Source: Monocercomonoides exilis PA203 (lineage: Eukaryota > Protista > Preaxostyla). Taken from it: a stretch of DNA of 64,000 nucleotides. The translations under genes and the position numbers were made by a program. The stretch lies in the NCBI GenBank assembly GCA_001643675.2, contig LSRY02000040.1, forward strand, positions 62,001 to 126,000, given 5' to 3'. The notes below the pieces were generated by a model. It worked only from the letters and a program-made list of their open reading frames with translations. It was not told where the DNA came from and did no database searches. Position 1 is the first letter of the stretch. Every line of letters starts with the position of its first letter. Positions 38,782-52,280 of this stretch are shown here, piece after piece.

Positions 38782-39070
38782 TAATGCATAGAGAAGAGTC
38801 AGACGGACCCACACAGCACGCGGTGGGTGGATTAACTCTGCTGGATCAGCAGAAGAGCGGGAGGCAGAGCGCTGCACAAGCAGTTTTCTTTTCCACGCCT
38901 CGCGGAAGCGAGAGTGGTTTTTCTTTCTGCTCCGTTTTTAACTTTCGCCTCACCGGATCCCTGCACGGCCTGCAGGAGACAGCTCCGAGGGGCAACGTCC
39001 CCTGCCCTCTGGTACTCGATACCATGGCAAAAGGCGAAGTCGGTGGTGAAGTGAAGCGGACAATGCATTA
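38782..39070 (+). ncRNA. Putative structured cis-acting RNA in the DIRS 3' non-coding region
   Basis: At least seven nested hairpins by eye, a GGAA tetraloop, G-U pairs favouring the + strand, and a closing TAATGCAT/ATGCATTA helix. Confidence 0.5.
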
Positions 39071-39836
39071 TTTTATTGTTACTAAATTATTTTTTTAATG
39101 TTATTGTTTTATACTTTTGTCTCGCTCCTTTTCCACGTCATTTGGGGAGGGCGAAGTTTTTCACTCAAACCACCCATAATTTAAAGATCAAACTCATTAT
39201 TTCGGAGCAAATCCTGTCTCACTGCGTTCTATCAAAAAAGACTTCAGTATTTCATATTAATCTTTAATGCAAATTATTTATTGTAATCTATTTTCATGTT
39301 TTGAACATTCAATTCAAAATCGCATGTGTGTAATAAAAATAAGCCAGTCAATTCAAATTAACAAGGGTTATTTTAAATAACCCCTACAATTTCAAATAAT
39401 TTTTTCAATTTGAATAATGTGATTCAATCTGCATTGTATCTAATAAAAAGAATTGTTTTTAATAATTCTTGAAAACAATTCAGAAATAAAGAAAACCCTT
39501 AGAAAGACAAATCACATGAATAAACATATTTCTAAGAGGTTATTCTATCGGTTGAAATATCGAAATTTATTTAATTTGAATAAATTTTAATCATATAATT
39601 AAGGATATGATCATAATCACCATAACAACAAGCAATAAAGGATAAAGTGTATTTTTTTCAACAATTCCTTGTCTAACAAAATCGTTCAAAAAGGGATGGT
39701 ATGGATGTGTATTTCATTTTTATTATTTAAATTATAATTATTGTAATTCTTTCGCTATACTGTGTGTTTTTTTTTAATTGGATTGACGAAAATAAATTGT
39801 CTTTTGAATGTTATGCTTCTCAAAAAAACGCAGGAG

Positions 39837-41281
39837 ATGAGCGTCACTGAAAAATTCAAAGGTTGTCAATCATTGTTGTATTTTAATTCTTGAATATTGC
39901 ATGCATTTCTTTCTTTCTTTCTTTCTTTTTTCGAAGAATTGTTCAACGAACTGGAAGGTTGTGACGAGGTAGATCAAAAACAGAAAATCGAGGAAATGAA
40001 AAGAATGATAGATGAAATGAATGAAAAAGAATTCGAATCAGTTTTCACAACAGAACTGTTTGAAAATATACACAAAATGATAATTCTGAAGAAATTTTCA
40101 TTGAAAGATGCCATTTCATTATTGATGTGCATCGGAAGCTTCAACGCATCGTTTATTATTTTGAAATCTTCTTTTGAAAGTTCTTCATTGAGACATATAT
40201 TTGAAATTATTATCATTGATGAAGAAAAGAAAAAAGAAAGAAAGAATGAAAGGCTTTTAATTGATCTTTGCGAATGTTGCCTTCTTCTGAACAATTACAA
40301 CGTCGATTTATCAAAAGATCTCCTTGGTATATGCATTCGCTATCTTCTGAAAGTTGCCTTGAAGAAAGAGGAAGATAAGGAAACGCAAAAAGAAGTGGAA
40401 ACTGCAATATTGGCCTTGAGTTGCATCAGAAAGCTTCAAGTTTTGGGTTTTTTTTCATCATTCTATATATTAATTGATTCCCCCCCCCCCCCCCCCCTGA
40501 TTTTTATTAGAAAGTGCCAAAAGAACTTTTTCTGAACGAAATCAAAGAGATTGTCTTTTATCAACAGGAGCATCACAATTTAACTCCACTTGCTTCTCGA
40601 TTTCTATGGCTGTTTTTAATGGATAGATTGGACAACGACGAAAGCTTGGAAGATGTATTTGTGAATGAACTGCATTTGGCAAGAGAGGTAGCAAGAGAAC
40701 TTGAAGAATTATCAAAATGTGTCGATTGGACGAGAAAAGAGAAAGAAAAAGAAAATAGAGGAAAAGAAGTGAAAAAAAAGTTTATTATAAGGAGATTTCT
40801 TTATGCATTCTTCTTCTTCTTCTTCTCCTCTTCCAAATTGTGGAACGAAGAATTTATAGAGCTCATTATGAGCATTGTTCAAGTGTTACGTGCATCAAGG
40901 GATAATCATAAGGAAACGTTCGAATCATGCATTAATGTGATAGAAACAGCAGCGGGAAAAAAAGTTGTGAAAATTGAAGCTTTTTTGAAAGGCGGAGCTG
41001 TTGATGCTGTTTTGGAGGAGATTCAGCGACCAACGTTGGATGACAAAATTGCGTATAATGGCTTGATTTTTTTTATGAACGTTTTATATCGATTGAAAGA
41101 TGAAGAGAAAGATGAAATGGAAGAAGCGAAAAGAAAGGCAACGAAAATGGAGTTATTTGAAAAGATGGAGGAAGAAGGATACGAAGATTGCATTTTTGGA
41201 TTCTGCAATTGCAAAGTTGAATCATTATTTGATGAATATATTTTTGTACCAAATGTTGAACGTTTATTTGTCCATTATTAA
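39837..41281 (+). CDS. Helical-protein family, copy 3 (more divergent; exons 39837-39861, 39937-40439, 40511-41281)
   Basis: Same motifs and intron positions as copies 1 and 2. Confidence 0.8.
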
Positions 41282-41889
41282 ATAACAAACTTTTATTTTT
41301 TTTATTCACTTTATTTTTTTTTCTTTTCACTTCATTCATCTTTGAGTATTGCATTTGTTCTCATCTATTTGTGTGTTCAAGAAATATAAATATGCTCTTT
41401 CATTCCAGTTATTTGTTCTGAAGCATCAATAAAAAGAAAACTCGCTTGAAAAAGTTGAAAAAAAATTGAGCACAATTCTGATTTACGCTTACGAGAATGA
41501 AATACACAACAAAACAAAGAAAGAAAGAAAAAAAAAAGAATACAAAAATGTCAAAAAGAAATACACATGCATTTAGGAAAAATATGAACTCATGAATGAA
41601 TAAAGTTCAGATCTGAATGAATAAATGCAAATTGAAATATCAAAAAAAAAAAAAAAAAAGGAAAATAAAGTGAAACAGTTTGTTCATTTTGTGAAATTTG
41701 TTCCTGTTCTTCTGGACCCTCAAAAAAATAATCTGATGCACATATAGCAAATTGAAGAATGAAGCTTGAAAAATCGTCAGATGAGAACAGAAAAAAAGAA
41801 CTTTGGATGAATACAGCAGAATCTGGACAGATGAAAGAGGATCTGCTGCACTTGACTGAAGAAGAAGAAAAATAAAAATTTAACAAGAA

Positions 41890-42713
41890 AAATGAAGTGA
41901 AAGAAGATAAAGAAAAAGAGGAGGAGGAGGAGGAGGAAGGGGAAGAAGAAGAAGAAGAAGAAGAAGAAGTTGAAGGAGAAGAAGAAGAAGAAGAAGTTGA
42001 AGGAGAAGAAGAAGAAGAAGAAGAAGAAGAAGAAGAAGAAGAAGGAGGAGGAGGAGGAGGAGAAGAAGAAGAAGAAGAAGGAGAAGGAGAAGAAGAAGAA
42101 GGAGAAAAGGAGTTTGAAGAGAACAAAGAATAAGAAGAAAGATGAGCAGAATGAAGACTTCTTGCTGAGTTGCGTGCTTCTTCGTTGTCTGGAACAAATG
42201 GATGAGACAAGAAAATGGCGTCTTCTTCTTCTTCTTCTTCTCTTTCTTCTTCTTCTTTTTCCTCTTCCTCTTCCTCTTCCTCTTCCTCTTCCTCCTTCTT
42301 CTCTTCCTTCTTCTTTAATTTCTGTTTTTTCTATTTCTTCTTTTTCTTCTTCTTCCTCTTCCTCTTCTCCCATGTATTTGTTATTCATTCCAGGCAATTC
42401 AAGAGATGATAACATATCCAACATGTGCAACGAAAGAGGTCTGTTGAAATGTTGTTGGAGAGAAACAAGTCGATTGAAAGGAGAAAGAAGAGAAAGAAAG
42501 GCAAAACGATCAACAGAAGAAGAAGAGGAGGAGGAGGAAGGGGAAGAAGAAGAAGAAGAAGAAATTGAAGATGATGATGGTTGAAATGATGATGGAGATG
42601 AATTAGATTGAGAAGAAGAAGAAAAAGAAGAAGAAATTGAAGGAGGAGGAGGAGGAGGAGGAGGAGGAGGAGGAGGAGAAGAAGAAGAAGAAGAAGAAGA
42701 AGAAGAAGAAGAA

Positions 42714-42749
<36 letters not shown>

Positions 42750-42945
42750 GAAGAAGAAGAAGAAGAAGCTAAAAATGAAGGAAAAGGAAAAGGAAAAGGA
42801 AAAAGAGAAAGAGGAAGAAGAGGAAAAGGAATTGAAAGAAAAAGAAAAAGAAAAAAAAAAGAAGAAGAAGAAAAAGAAGAAGAAGAGGAGGAGAAAGTTG
42901 ATTTTGAAGCAGCAGCAGAAGAAGAGGAAGATAATGATGACGCTG
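41890..42945. repeat. GAA/GGA/GAT trinucleotide low-complexity block
   Basis: Direct observation. It continues the relic that is homologous to 10740-10950. Confidence 0.9.
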
Positions 42946-44279
42946 CACATGATGTCTGACATGGCCACTTGCATTTTCGATGTAAACTGCTCTTCATGGA
43001 AAATGGAGCATTTGATTCTTTATTATTCGTGAAGCTGAGCTGAAAGTGTCTCATTTCCTATCATATGATGAGCAAATGGACAGTTTCAACGCTCACTTGA
43101 GTTAAACATTTCATCAAGATGGAGCGAAGAAATCAAATGCAAATATGAATTCCAAATTGAGTCGGAATTGATTGCTGAAAGATGACAGATTGACATTATG
43201 TTTGAGAAGTTGAATTTATTTTCTGATGCCTCTATGTTTGATAGACGTCGTTGAAGATGAACGGAAAGCATCTAAACTCACCAACGGTTGATTGCAGTAT
43301 ACGAAATAATTTACTGAGTATTGTTCAAAAAAGAAGCTGTTCTCTTCATTCCAAAGAAACAGAAATTTGATTGGGTTCCTTTCTTTCCTCCAAAACCCCA
43401 TTCTCCCATTCATTTGCAGAGAAATAACCTTGCTGGAGTGTATCTCATGGAAAAGTCGTCTTCCTCCTTCTTCTCCAAATCTCATTTCAACTGAAATGAA
43501 AATGTCCCTGAATGAACAAATCTGTTTTTAACATCCAATCAAATGAATAAATTTCCTTTTGATGTTTCACTCTCAATGAACTGAAGAATCTCCATCATTT
43601 CTGTTGGAGCTGAAATTCATTCCTTTTCTTCATGGCACAAGATTATTTGGCAATTGAAGCATTGGGAACTTGATCTTCTTCCTCTCAACAAACATGTTCC
43701 CCATGTTCATGTTCATGTTCTTTTCTTTTCTTTTGTTCAGACAATTTGCGATGATTTTCGGAATTTCATTTCTTTTCATCTTTCGCAACCCAATGTTCCA
43801 TTGACAAATGAGCTCAAAATGACACAATCCACAAAATATGTCAAATCTTCAACAACCATCTGTTTTTGGTTTTCAGACTCATTCTTCTCCACAAAAAACA
43901 ACTAAAAACATCTTCCGTTCGCTCATTCAATCTGCCAGATTTCTTTTCCTCTTTGCTAAAGTATTTGCTATTAATTCCATTGGACAAAAATATGTGATTC
44001 AAAGAGTTAATGATTCTTTTCCATAAATATCATTATCAAATAATCTGTTGGTTTGATCAAAAAGAAACAAAAGATTTCCATTTTCTGCCATCATTCAACC
44101 AATCCTTGTGGCTTCTCCGCAACATCTTTTGCAATTCATTTTTGTATAACAAAAACAGTACAGTTTGTGTTGCGATCATTTTAGGACTGCAAGATAATCA
44201 ACGATGTTTGTATTTATCTTTTATTTTGTTATTTGCCAAGCTTTGCTCCTCTTGTTGAATATTTTTTATAACAAACTGA

Positions 44280-45732
44280 ATGAGTTTGTCAAATGCTGAT
44301 AAATGTGAAAAAGGAGTTCGGGCTATGACCAGAACCAAGAAGTTTTCAAGTTTGCCATTTTATTTGGTTTGAACCATTCTGAACAAAATTTTTGTTTTTA
44401 TTGAATACCCCTTGCAGAATTGTTCCATGAGCTTAAGCGTTGCAGAGAAGATGAACAAATGCAGAAAATTGAAGAGATGAATGGATTAATTGATGAAATG
44501 AATGGCAAAGAATTTGAATCAATTTTCACAATAGATCTATTCAATAAAATTCACCAAATGATTGAGAAAAAGACATTACCATTGGAAAATGCACTTATGT
44601 TATTGAAGCATATTGGATATTGCAAAGAGCTGAAAATAATTTGCTTAGAATCTTTTGATGATTCATTATTGAGCGAAAGTATGAACAAGATGATAATTGA
44701 TGAAAATGAGAAGAAGAAAGAAGAAATGAACGAAAAGCGTCTGATTGACCTCTGTGAATGCTATTTGTTGTTGAGCAGATGGCCTTCATCTAAAATGGAT
44801 TCAATCTATGTGCCTTGCCTTCTGAAAGTTGCATTGAAGAAAGACGAGACCGAAGAAGCTCAGAAGGAAGTGGAAATGGCGTTGCTGGCTTTGGGCAATA
44901 TTGGACTTTGGGTTTGAGAACATTTTTCCCATTTTGATATTGTTGAATTGTTTTTTCTTCCTTTTTTGCACAGGAAATGAAAAGAGAACTGTATTTGAAA
45001 GAGACATCAGAAATCATCGAATATCATCGAGAACTTCACAATCTGACACAGCTTGCCTATCAATCTGCTTGGAATTTTTTGATTTACAGATTATTCACAG
45101 ACAAAAGCTTGGAAGAAGTGATTACAAATGAGCTGCATTTTGTGGGGGAAGCAAGAAGAGAATTTGAAGAGCTTTCAAAATGCGTCGACTGGAAGAGAAA
45201 AGAAGAAAGAAGAAAAGAAGTGAAAGAAGTGAAAATAATTTGGAGATGGCTAAATGTTATTGATTATTACTTTTTCTCATGCACGCTGTGGAACGAAGAA
45301 CTTGTTGGACTTGTCAATTGCATTGTTCAAGTGCTTCTAGCATCAAGGGACAATCACAAAGATATTTGCAATGGATGTCTCGATATACTAAGAAATACAG
45401 CAATAAATAGAAATGTGAAAATTGATGATTTGTTGAAAAGTGGAGCTATTGATGCTGTTATGGAGAAAATGAATCAATCAACTTTGGATGATGAAATTAT
45501 GTGGAATGGCTTGCTTTTCTTTTTGAATATTTCAGAAAGATTGAATGAAAAGGAGGATGATGAAAAGGAAGAAGCGGAAAAAAAGACAACGAAAAGAAAG
45601 ACGTTTGAAAAGATGGAAGAAGAAGGACTTGAAGATATCATGACGAGCCTTTATGGAGTGATTTCTTTTCTGAACAAAAATGCTTATCGTAAATTGTCAA
45701 AAAATGCTTGTGAATATTTAGTGTGTCTGTAA
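44280..45732 (+). CDS. Helical-protein family, copy 4
   Basis: Three exons as in copy 1; C-terminus of the same type as copy 2. Confidence 0.85.
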
Positions 45733-47621
45733 ATGAAATATTCTGCACATTTCCATTCATTTCATTTCATTTTATCTCATCTCATCTCAGAAAAGAAGAA
45801 AATTTGAAGAAGAAAGACGAAAGAAAACGAGCATGAGAAAAAACAAATAAGAAAAGATAAGAAGAGAAGAGAGAAGAGAAAAGATTTCGTTCTGAAGCAA
45901 CATTTTCAGTTGAACACGAAGAATATTCAACAAAAATTGTGTGTTCTTCATTCATTTCATTCAATCTTCTCATTCTCATCTTCCACTTCGACATCGCTCA
46001 CACACTCTCCCTCTCTCATTCAAACATTCACACAGCATCCGTCTTCATTTCAACAAATGTGATCTTCCTTTTCTTCTTCTTCTTCTTCTTCAACTTTCTG
46101 TTTCGACAAAGAAGACAACGCACGACTCAGATGAATTGGGATTGAGTCACTTTCAGATGATGGATGGAATGGAAGCGAAGGGCAATGAAACAAAAATTGG
46201 ATGAATTTCAAATGAAGATTTCTGAGCAAAAGAGAAAGAAAAACAGAGATTGAATTCAATTGAGATTGACTTGTTCAGCCAAGCAGTTTTTGAATAAGAT
46301 TTTCATTCTTTTTCTTCTTCTTCTTTGTCATCAGATTTATTTCTGTTTTATTTTGAACAAAAGAAGTTGATAACAGGTTTCTTCAACAAACATTTCCTTC
46401 TTTTTTGTTTCTTTTTTTTTCACCTTTTCTTTTCTTTTTTCATTGATTTATGATCTGACAAAACTTTAAGCGTTTTTTGCTAAAAAACAAAAATATTTTT
46501 TTCTGTGTTATCTGCTTCTGACTGTTCAGTTAATCTTTGAAGAAATGAGATTCTTCACATTTTGATGTTCACTGTGCTTTTTTCTTCTTTTTTGATCATT
46601 CCATTAATCCGCAAACAACCGTTTGCAGCCTTTTTCAGTTGATAATTTTCATTGGATTGCGTGATGAATTATCATCTTAGATGAGAATGTTTGAGAAATA
46701 GAGAGTCATATTTATATTTTAACTCAAAAATTGATGCTTTTGTATTTGTTTTTGTTACTCCAAAATGATGTATATTTCTTTTTCATCATTTCACAGAATG
46801 ACCACAAACTTTGACATTTGAAGTTTTTGTGAAAAATACTTGTTTCACTTGTCCACTCATTCAAAATAAAATGGAACAGCAACAAAAGACAAAAGAAAGA
46901 AAGAAAGAAAGAACTCTGCTGTTCTTATTTTGAGAAGATCACATGAATGAAAGTGTTTTGAGAATGGAACGAAGAAATGTTCAAATGAAGAAGGAAGAAT
47001 TTCAAATGACAACCGAGGGAAGGAAGAAAATCATCAGAAGATATTCTTTTCTGGCAAAAAGCAATTGAAATGATTGGGAGAGCTTTTGATGCTGATTGGA
47101 AGAATAAGCAAATAGGAGAATAAAAGAGAGAAAGAATTCAATTTTGATTGACTTCTTCAGAGAATATTTTCTTGAATCACATTGTAGCATTTCTTCTCCT
47201 TCTTCAAATACGTTGCTCCTTTATTCTGCAATTTCAATATTTTCAACTGGCTTCTTCAGCAAACAATTCTTTCTTCATTTCTTTTGGATTCTTCTCCTTC
47301 GCCTTCTCTTTTTCGTTGAAAAAACAACCAGAAAGAGAATAAACAAAGGAGACCAGAGGATTCAAGAGGCAATAACCGAACAATTGAATACATTGGAATG
47401 AAAGAACCTCTTGTTGAAGAAGATGGAGTACAATGATCCATTCAACGAAGATTCTCGATGGAACTTATTGAAAAGAAATTCTATTTTTCATTTTTTGAAA
47501 AAGGAAATAATAATATTTTTAATAAAAATACAATTCTTGTTTTCCTCAAATTTTGTGACATGAATAAAAAAGAAAATAGAATATATTTTCTGATTTTCGA
47601 TTTTCATTGAAAAGAATTTGA

Positions 47622-49074
47622 TTAAACATTTACAAAATAATCAGAAGTATTGAACGATAATTGAAAATAATAATTTTCGTTTAGAAAAGAAACTACATCG
47701 TGAAAGCCAGCTATGTCATCTTCATATCCTTCTTCTTCCATCCTTTCAAATATCTTTCTTTTCATTTCTTTTCTTTTTTCCCCCTCGGTTTCATTAACAT
47801 CCTTTTCTTTCGATCTTTCTGAAATATTCAAAAAGAAATAATAACAATTCCTTATCAAATCATCATTAATTGTTGGCTGCTGAATCTCCTCCAAAACAGC
47901 ACCGATAGCCCCATTTTTTAACAAACAGTCAATTTTCACATTTCTATTTATTGCTGTATTTCTTAGTATATCGAGACATCCATTGCAAATATCTTTGTGA
48001 TTGTCCCTTGATGCTAGAAGCACTTGAACAATGCAATTGACAAGTCCAACAAGTTCTTCGTTCCACAGCGTGCATGAGAAAAAGTAATAATCAATAACAT
48101 TTAGCCATCTCCAAATTATTTTCACTTCTTTCACTTCTTTTCTTCTTTCTTCTTTTCTCTTCCAGTCGACGCATTTTGAAAGCTCTTCAAATTCTCTTCT
48201 TGCTTCCCCCACAAAATGCAGCTCATTTGTAATCACTTCTTCCAAGCTTTTGTCTGTGAATAATCTGTAAATCAAAAAATTCCAAGCAGATTGATAGGCA
48301 AGCTGTGTCAGATTGTGAAGTTCTCGATGATATTCGATGATTTCTGATGTCTCTTTCAAATACAGTTCTCTTTTCATTTCCTGTGCAAAAAAGGAAGAAA
48401 AAACAATTCAACAATATCAAAATGGGAAAAATGTTCTCAAACCCAAAGTCCAATATTGCCCAAAGCCAGCAACGCCATTTCCACTTCCTTCTGAGCTTCT
48501 TCGGTCTCGTCTTTCTTCAATGCAACTTTCAGAAGGCAAGGCACATAGATTGAATCCATTTTAGATGAAGGCCATCTGCTCAACAACAAATAGCATTCAC
48601 AGAGGTCAATCAGACGCTTTTCGTTCATTTCTTCTTTCTTCTTCTCATTTTCATCAATTATCATCTTGTTCATACTTTCGCTCAATAATGAATCATCAAA
48701 AGATTCTAAGCAAATTATTTTCAGCTCTTTGCAATATCCAATATGCTTCAATAACATAAGTGCATTTTCCAATGGTAATGTCTTTTTCTCAATCATTTGG
48801 TGAATTTTATTGAATAGATCTATTGTGAAAATTGATTCAAATTCTTTGCCATTCATTTCATCAATTAATCCATTCATCTCTTCAATTTTCTGCATTTGTT
48901 CATCTTCTCTGCAACGCTTAAGCTCATGGAACAATTCTGCAAGGGGTATTCAATAAAAACAAAAATTTTGTTCAGAATGGTTCAAACCAAATAAAATGGC
49001 AAACTTGAAAACTTCTTGGTTCTGGTCATAGCCCGAACTCCTTTTTCACATTTATCAGCATTTGACAAACTCAT
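47622..49074 (-). CDS. Helical-protein family, copy 5
   Basis: Identical to copy 4 up to NRNVKID, then a C-terminus of the same type as copy 1. Confidence 0.85.
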
Positions 49075-52000
49075 TCAGTTTGTTATAAAAAATATTCAAC
49101 AAGAGGAGCAAAGCTTGGCAAATAACAAAATAAAAGATAAATACAAACATCGTTGATTATCTTGCAGTCCTAAAATGATCGCAACACAAACTGTACTGTT
49201 TTTGTTATACAAAAATGAATTGCAAAAGATGTTGCGGAGAAGCCACAAGGATTGGTTGAATGATGGCAGAAAATGGAAATCTTTTGTTTCTTTTTGATCA
49301 AACCAACAGATTATTTGATAATGATATTTATGGAAAAGAATCATTAACTCTTTGAATCACATATTTTTGTCCAATGGAATTAATAGCAAATACTTTAGCA
49401 AAGAGGAAAAGAAATCTGGCAGATTGAATGAGCGAACGGAAGATGTTTTTAGTTGTTTTTTGTGGAGAAGAATGAGTCTGAAAACCAAAAACAGATGGTT
49501 GTTGAAGATTTGACATATTTTGTGGATTGTGTCATTTTGAGCTCATTTGTCAATGGAACATTGGGTTGCGAAAGATGAAAAGAAATGAAATTCCGAAAAT
49601 CATCGCAAATTGTCTGAACAAAAGAAAAGAAAAGAACATGAACATGAACATGGGGAACATGTTTGTTGAGAGGAAGAAGATCAAGTTCCCAATGCTTCAA
49701 TTGCCAAATAATCTTGTGCCATGAAGAAAAGGAATGAATTTCAGCTCCAACAGAAATGATGGAGATTCTTCAGTTCATTGAGAGTGAAACATCAAAAGGA
49801 AATTTATTCATTTGATTGGATGTTAAAAACAGATTTGTTCATTCAGGGACATTTTCATTTCAGTTGAAATGAGATTTGGAGAAGAAGGAGGAAGACGACT
49901 TTTCCATGAGATACACTCCAGCAAGGTTATTTCTCTGCAAATGAATGGGAGAATGGGGTTTTGGAGGAAAGAAAGGAATCCAATCAAATTTCAGTTGCAT
50001 CAGAATGAAGAAGGAGACATCAATTTTGGATGTTGTTTTTTGGGGGTATTCTTTCGTGTTGCTGCAATCTGCCATTGGAGAGATTGGATGTTTTCCATTC
50101 ATCTTCAACGACGTCTGTCAAAAATTGAAGCATTGGAAAAAGAAAAATTCAGTTTGTCAAACATTACATCAATCCCTCATCTTTCTGGATTGATTTCGAT
50201 TCAAATGGAAGATTTCATTATCAATTAGAATCAACGCATGTTCAGCGAAATTCACAACTGGGCATACCGCCAATCACATCTGATACAGCCAAGGCCGAAG
50301 GTTTTGCTGGAAAAAAAACTCTACAAAATTGAGTTTCTCTTCCTCAGCTTGGCTGATCTGGCTCTTCTGTTTTATGTGCATGCAATGAATGTTTGTTTTT
50401 CAATTTCTCAACTGTCAAACATCAATTTTTAATGTGTCTGAGAAGAATGCAAGCTCGATTTCTTTTTGTTCTTTCATCTCAAGTGAGCACATGAATTCAA
50501 CATAGAGAGACATTTGAAAAGAACAGAGCAATAATCAAAAGAGGAAGTTACCCTGATGAAGATATTTGATGAAAAGGATGAAGAAAAGATGATAGTGAAA
50601 CAGAGAGAAGAAAATGAAGAGGAAGATTCTTTCCAGATGATTTTCATCCACAACAGTTTCAGTCATGTTATCGAGAAAGTTAACGAGCTCTCAATCTTTT
50701 TCATGATTTTTGCGAAAGGGAGACGTTGAGGGGAAGAACAATATTGAAAAAGACCTTCTCAAAGGAAGCTGAATGGAATGATTGAACTGTGTTGTATTTT
50801 TCATTCAGCGGAAGACTGAAGAAGATGGTTGAGATAATTATAGGGAGAAAAAGATGGGGAAGATGAAGAAGCTGTTCATGACAAAGTTTTCGACTATGAT
50901 GAGGAAGACGAATTGCATTCACTTTGGATGAAGTCCATGTTGGTGGAGCAGGGGAATTCTGGTTGTTGCACACAATGAATTGAAATTCATTGTTTGAGAA
51001 AGAGATGAAAGTGAAGATGGTGCAGAAGAGAAGGGAGAAGATCACACTTTCTATTTGATTGGATTCGACAGACAAAACAAATATTCTGGAGAGGTTTCTG
51101 ATGAGGAAGAAAAAGAAACGGAAGAGTGAAAGAAATAGCGATTTCTGACGTGCACTTTCTTTGCTTCAGTCCACATGTGTCTTTTCTTCGAACAACATCG
51201 TGAAAGAGCAATCAGTTTGAAAAATCATTATTTATTCAACTTTCATTCAAAAAAAATATCAAATGAAAGTTTTGTCAGATATTATTCTATTCTGTCTTTT
51301 TTTGCGGCTTTTTGCAACAAAAGGAATTCAAGAGTTCACTGAACAAAAGAGTGATGAAGATATGAAAACAACAACAATAAATGCAAATGTGGTGCTCATT
51401 CAGAAGGTAATCATAGCATTTTCATTAACAGAAATGCAAATTGAAATGAAATAGCTGGTGAAATAAGATGGGTAATTATCTGCTTCTTTATCCATTGGGA
51501 GTTCTAAAAATTCTTTGTTTGTTGTTTGGCTATATTTTCTTTGAACCTCTTGATATCTTCTCAAATGATAAAAAGAAATAGAAGGATAGGATGAAAAACA
51601 TCGGCCACAGAAAAATGAATCACTACCATCTGAATGAGAAGTCTATCTAATCGTTGAAATCCTATCTATTCGCATCAGACACAGGACGATGATGAAAATG
51701 AAGAGGACGGATGAGAACAATTTATTTTCAATAAAAATGAGATGATGTGAAGTTAGAACAAAATAGAATGAAAAAGTTGACGCTTGTCAGTGTTAAACAT
51801 TTTTTAAAGAAATAATAAACAATATCCTTTTTGCTTTGGTATTTGCGAGTTATCCTCAATGAAACATTCTGTTGGGATTCCCCAAAGAGTTTCATTCTGC
51901 CAAATTACCTTTTGAAGCAAAGTGTATTATCATCTTGAATGAATAAAAAATATTCTTCAAGGGAAAAATACTTTAATCCAAATGAATAAAAGTCCGACAA

Positions 52001-52280
52001 TTGTTCAATCATTAATTTTGAAGATATTCTTTGCTTTTCTTTGCATTATTAATCAACTCAAAATAAATAAATAAATAAATAAATAAATAAACTTCACTTT
52101 ATTTTCCTTTATGGAAAAAAAAAAATAAATTAATAAATAAAAAATCAAAAACAACATTTTCTAAATTTATTTATTAAAAATAACATTTATTTAGTTTTTA
52201 TTCAGTTTTTATTCAGTTTTTATTTATTTTATTTTATTTTTATTTATTTGTTGCTATTCCCCCTTTTAACTTGCACTTCT

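Larger units (their letters stand above)
33222..39235 (+). mobile_element. Full-length DIRS1-type tyrosine-recombinase retrotransposon (decayed)
   Basis: Order gag-like, RT/RNaseH/MT-like, YR. 35-bp perfect ITR core 33274-33308 / 39167-39201. ICR at 38477-38573. ATCAA at both termini. Clearly GC-richer than host DNA. Confidence 0.95.
42970..50570. repeat. Palindromic cassette 2 with near-identical 2.06-kb arms (43362-45425 / 47929-49992)
   Basis: Mirror ORFs are identical (44420-44917 + vs 48437-48934 -) and coordinates sum to 93354 throughout the arms. Confidence 0.93.

Noticed and set aside
38940-39050. Resemblance to the HDV ribozyme (CCGAGGGG...TCCCCT, GGCGAA)
   Set aside because: I could not build the P1/P3/L3 nested double pseudoknot by eye. 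No hammerhead CTGANGA core was seen either.
41590-43054. Long poly-S/F/E/K ORFs on both strands
   Set aside because: Stop-free trinucleotide repeats with no domain content.
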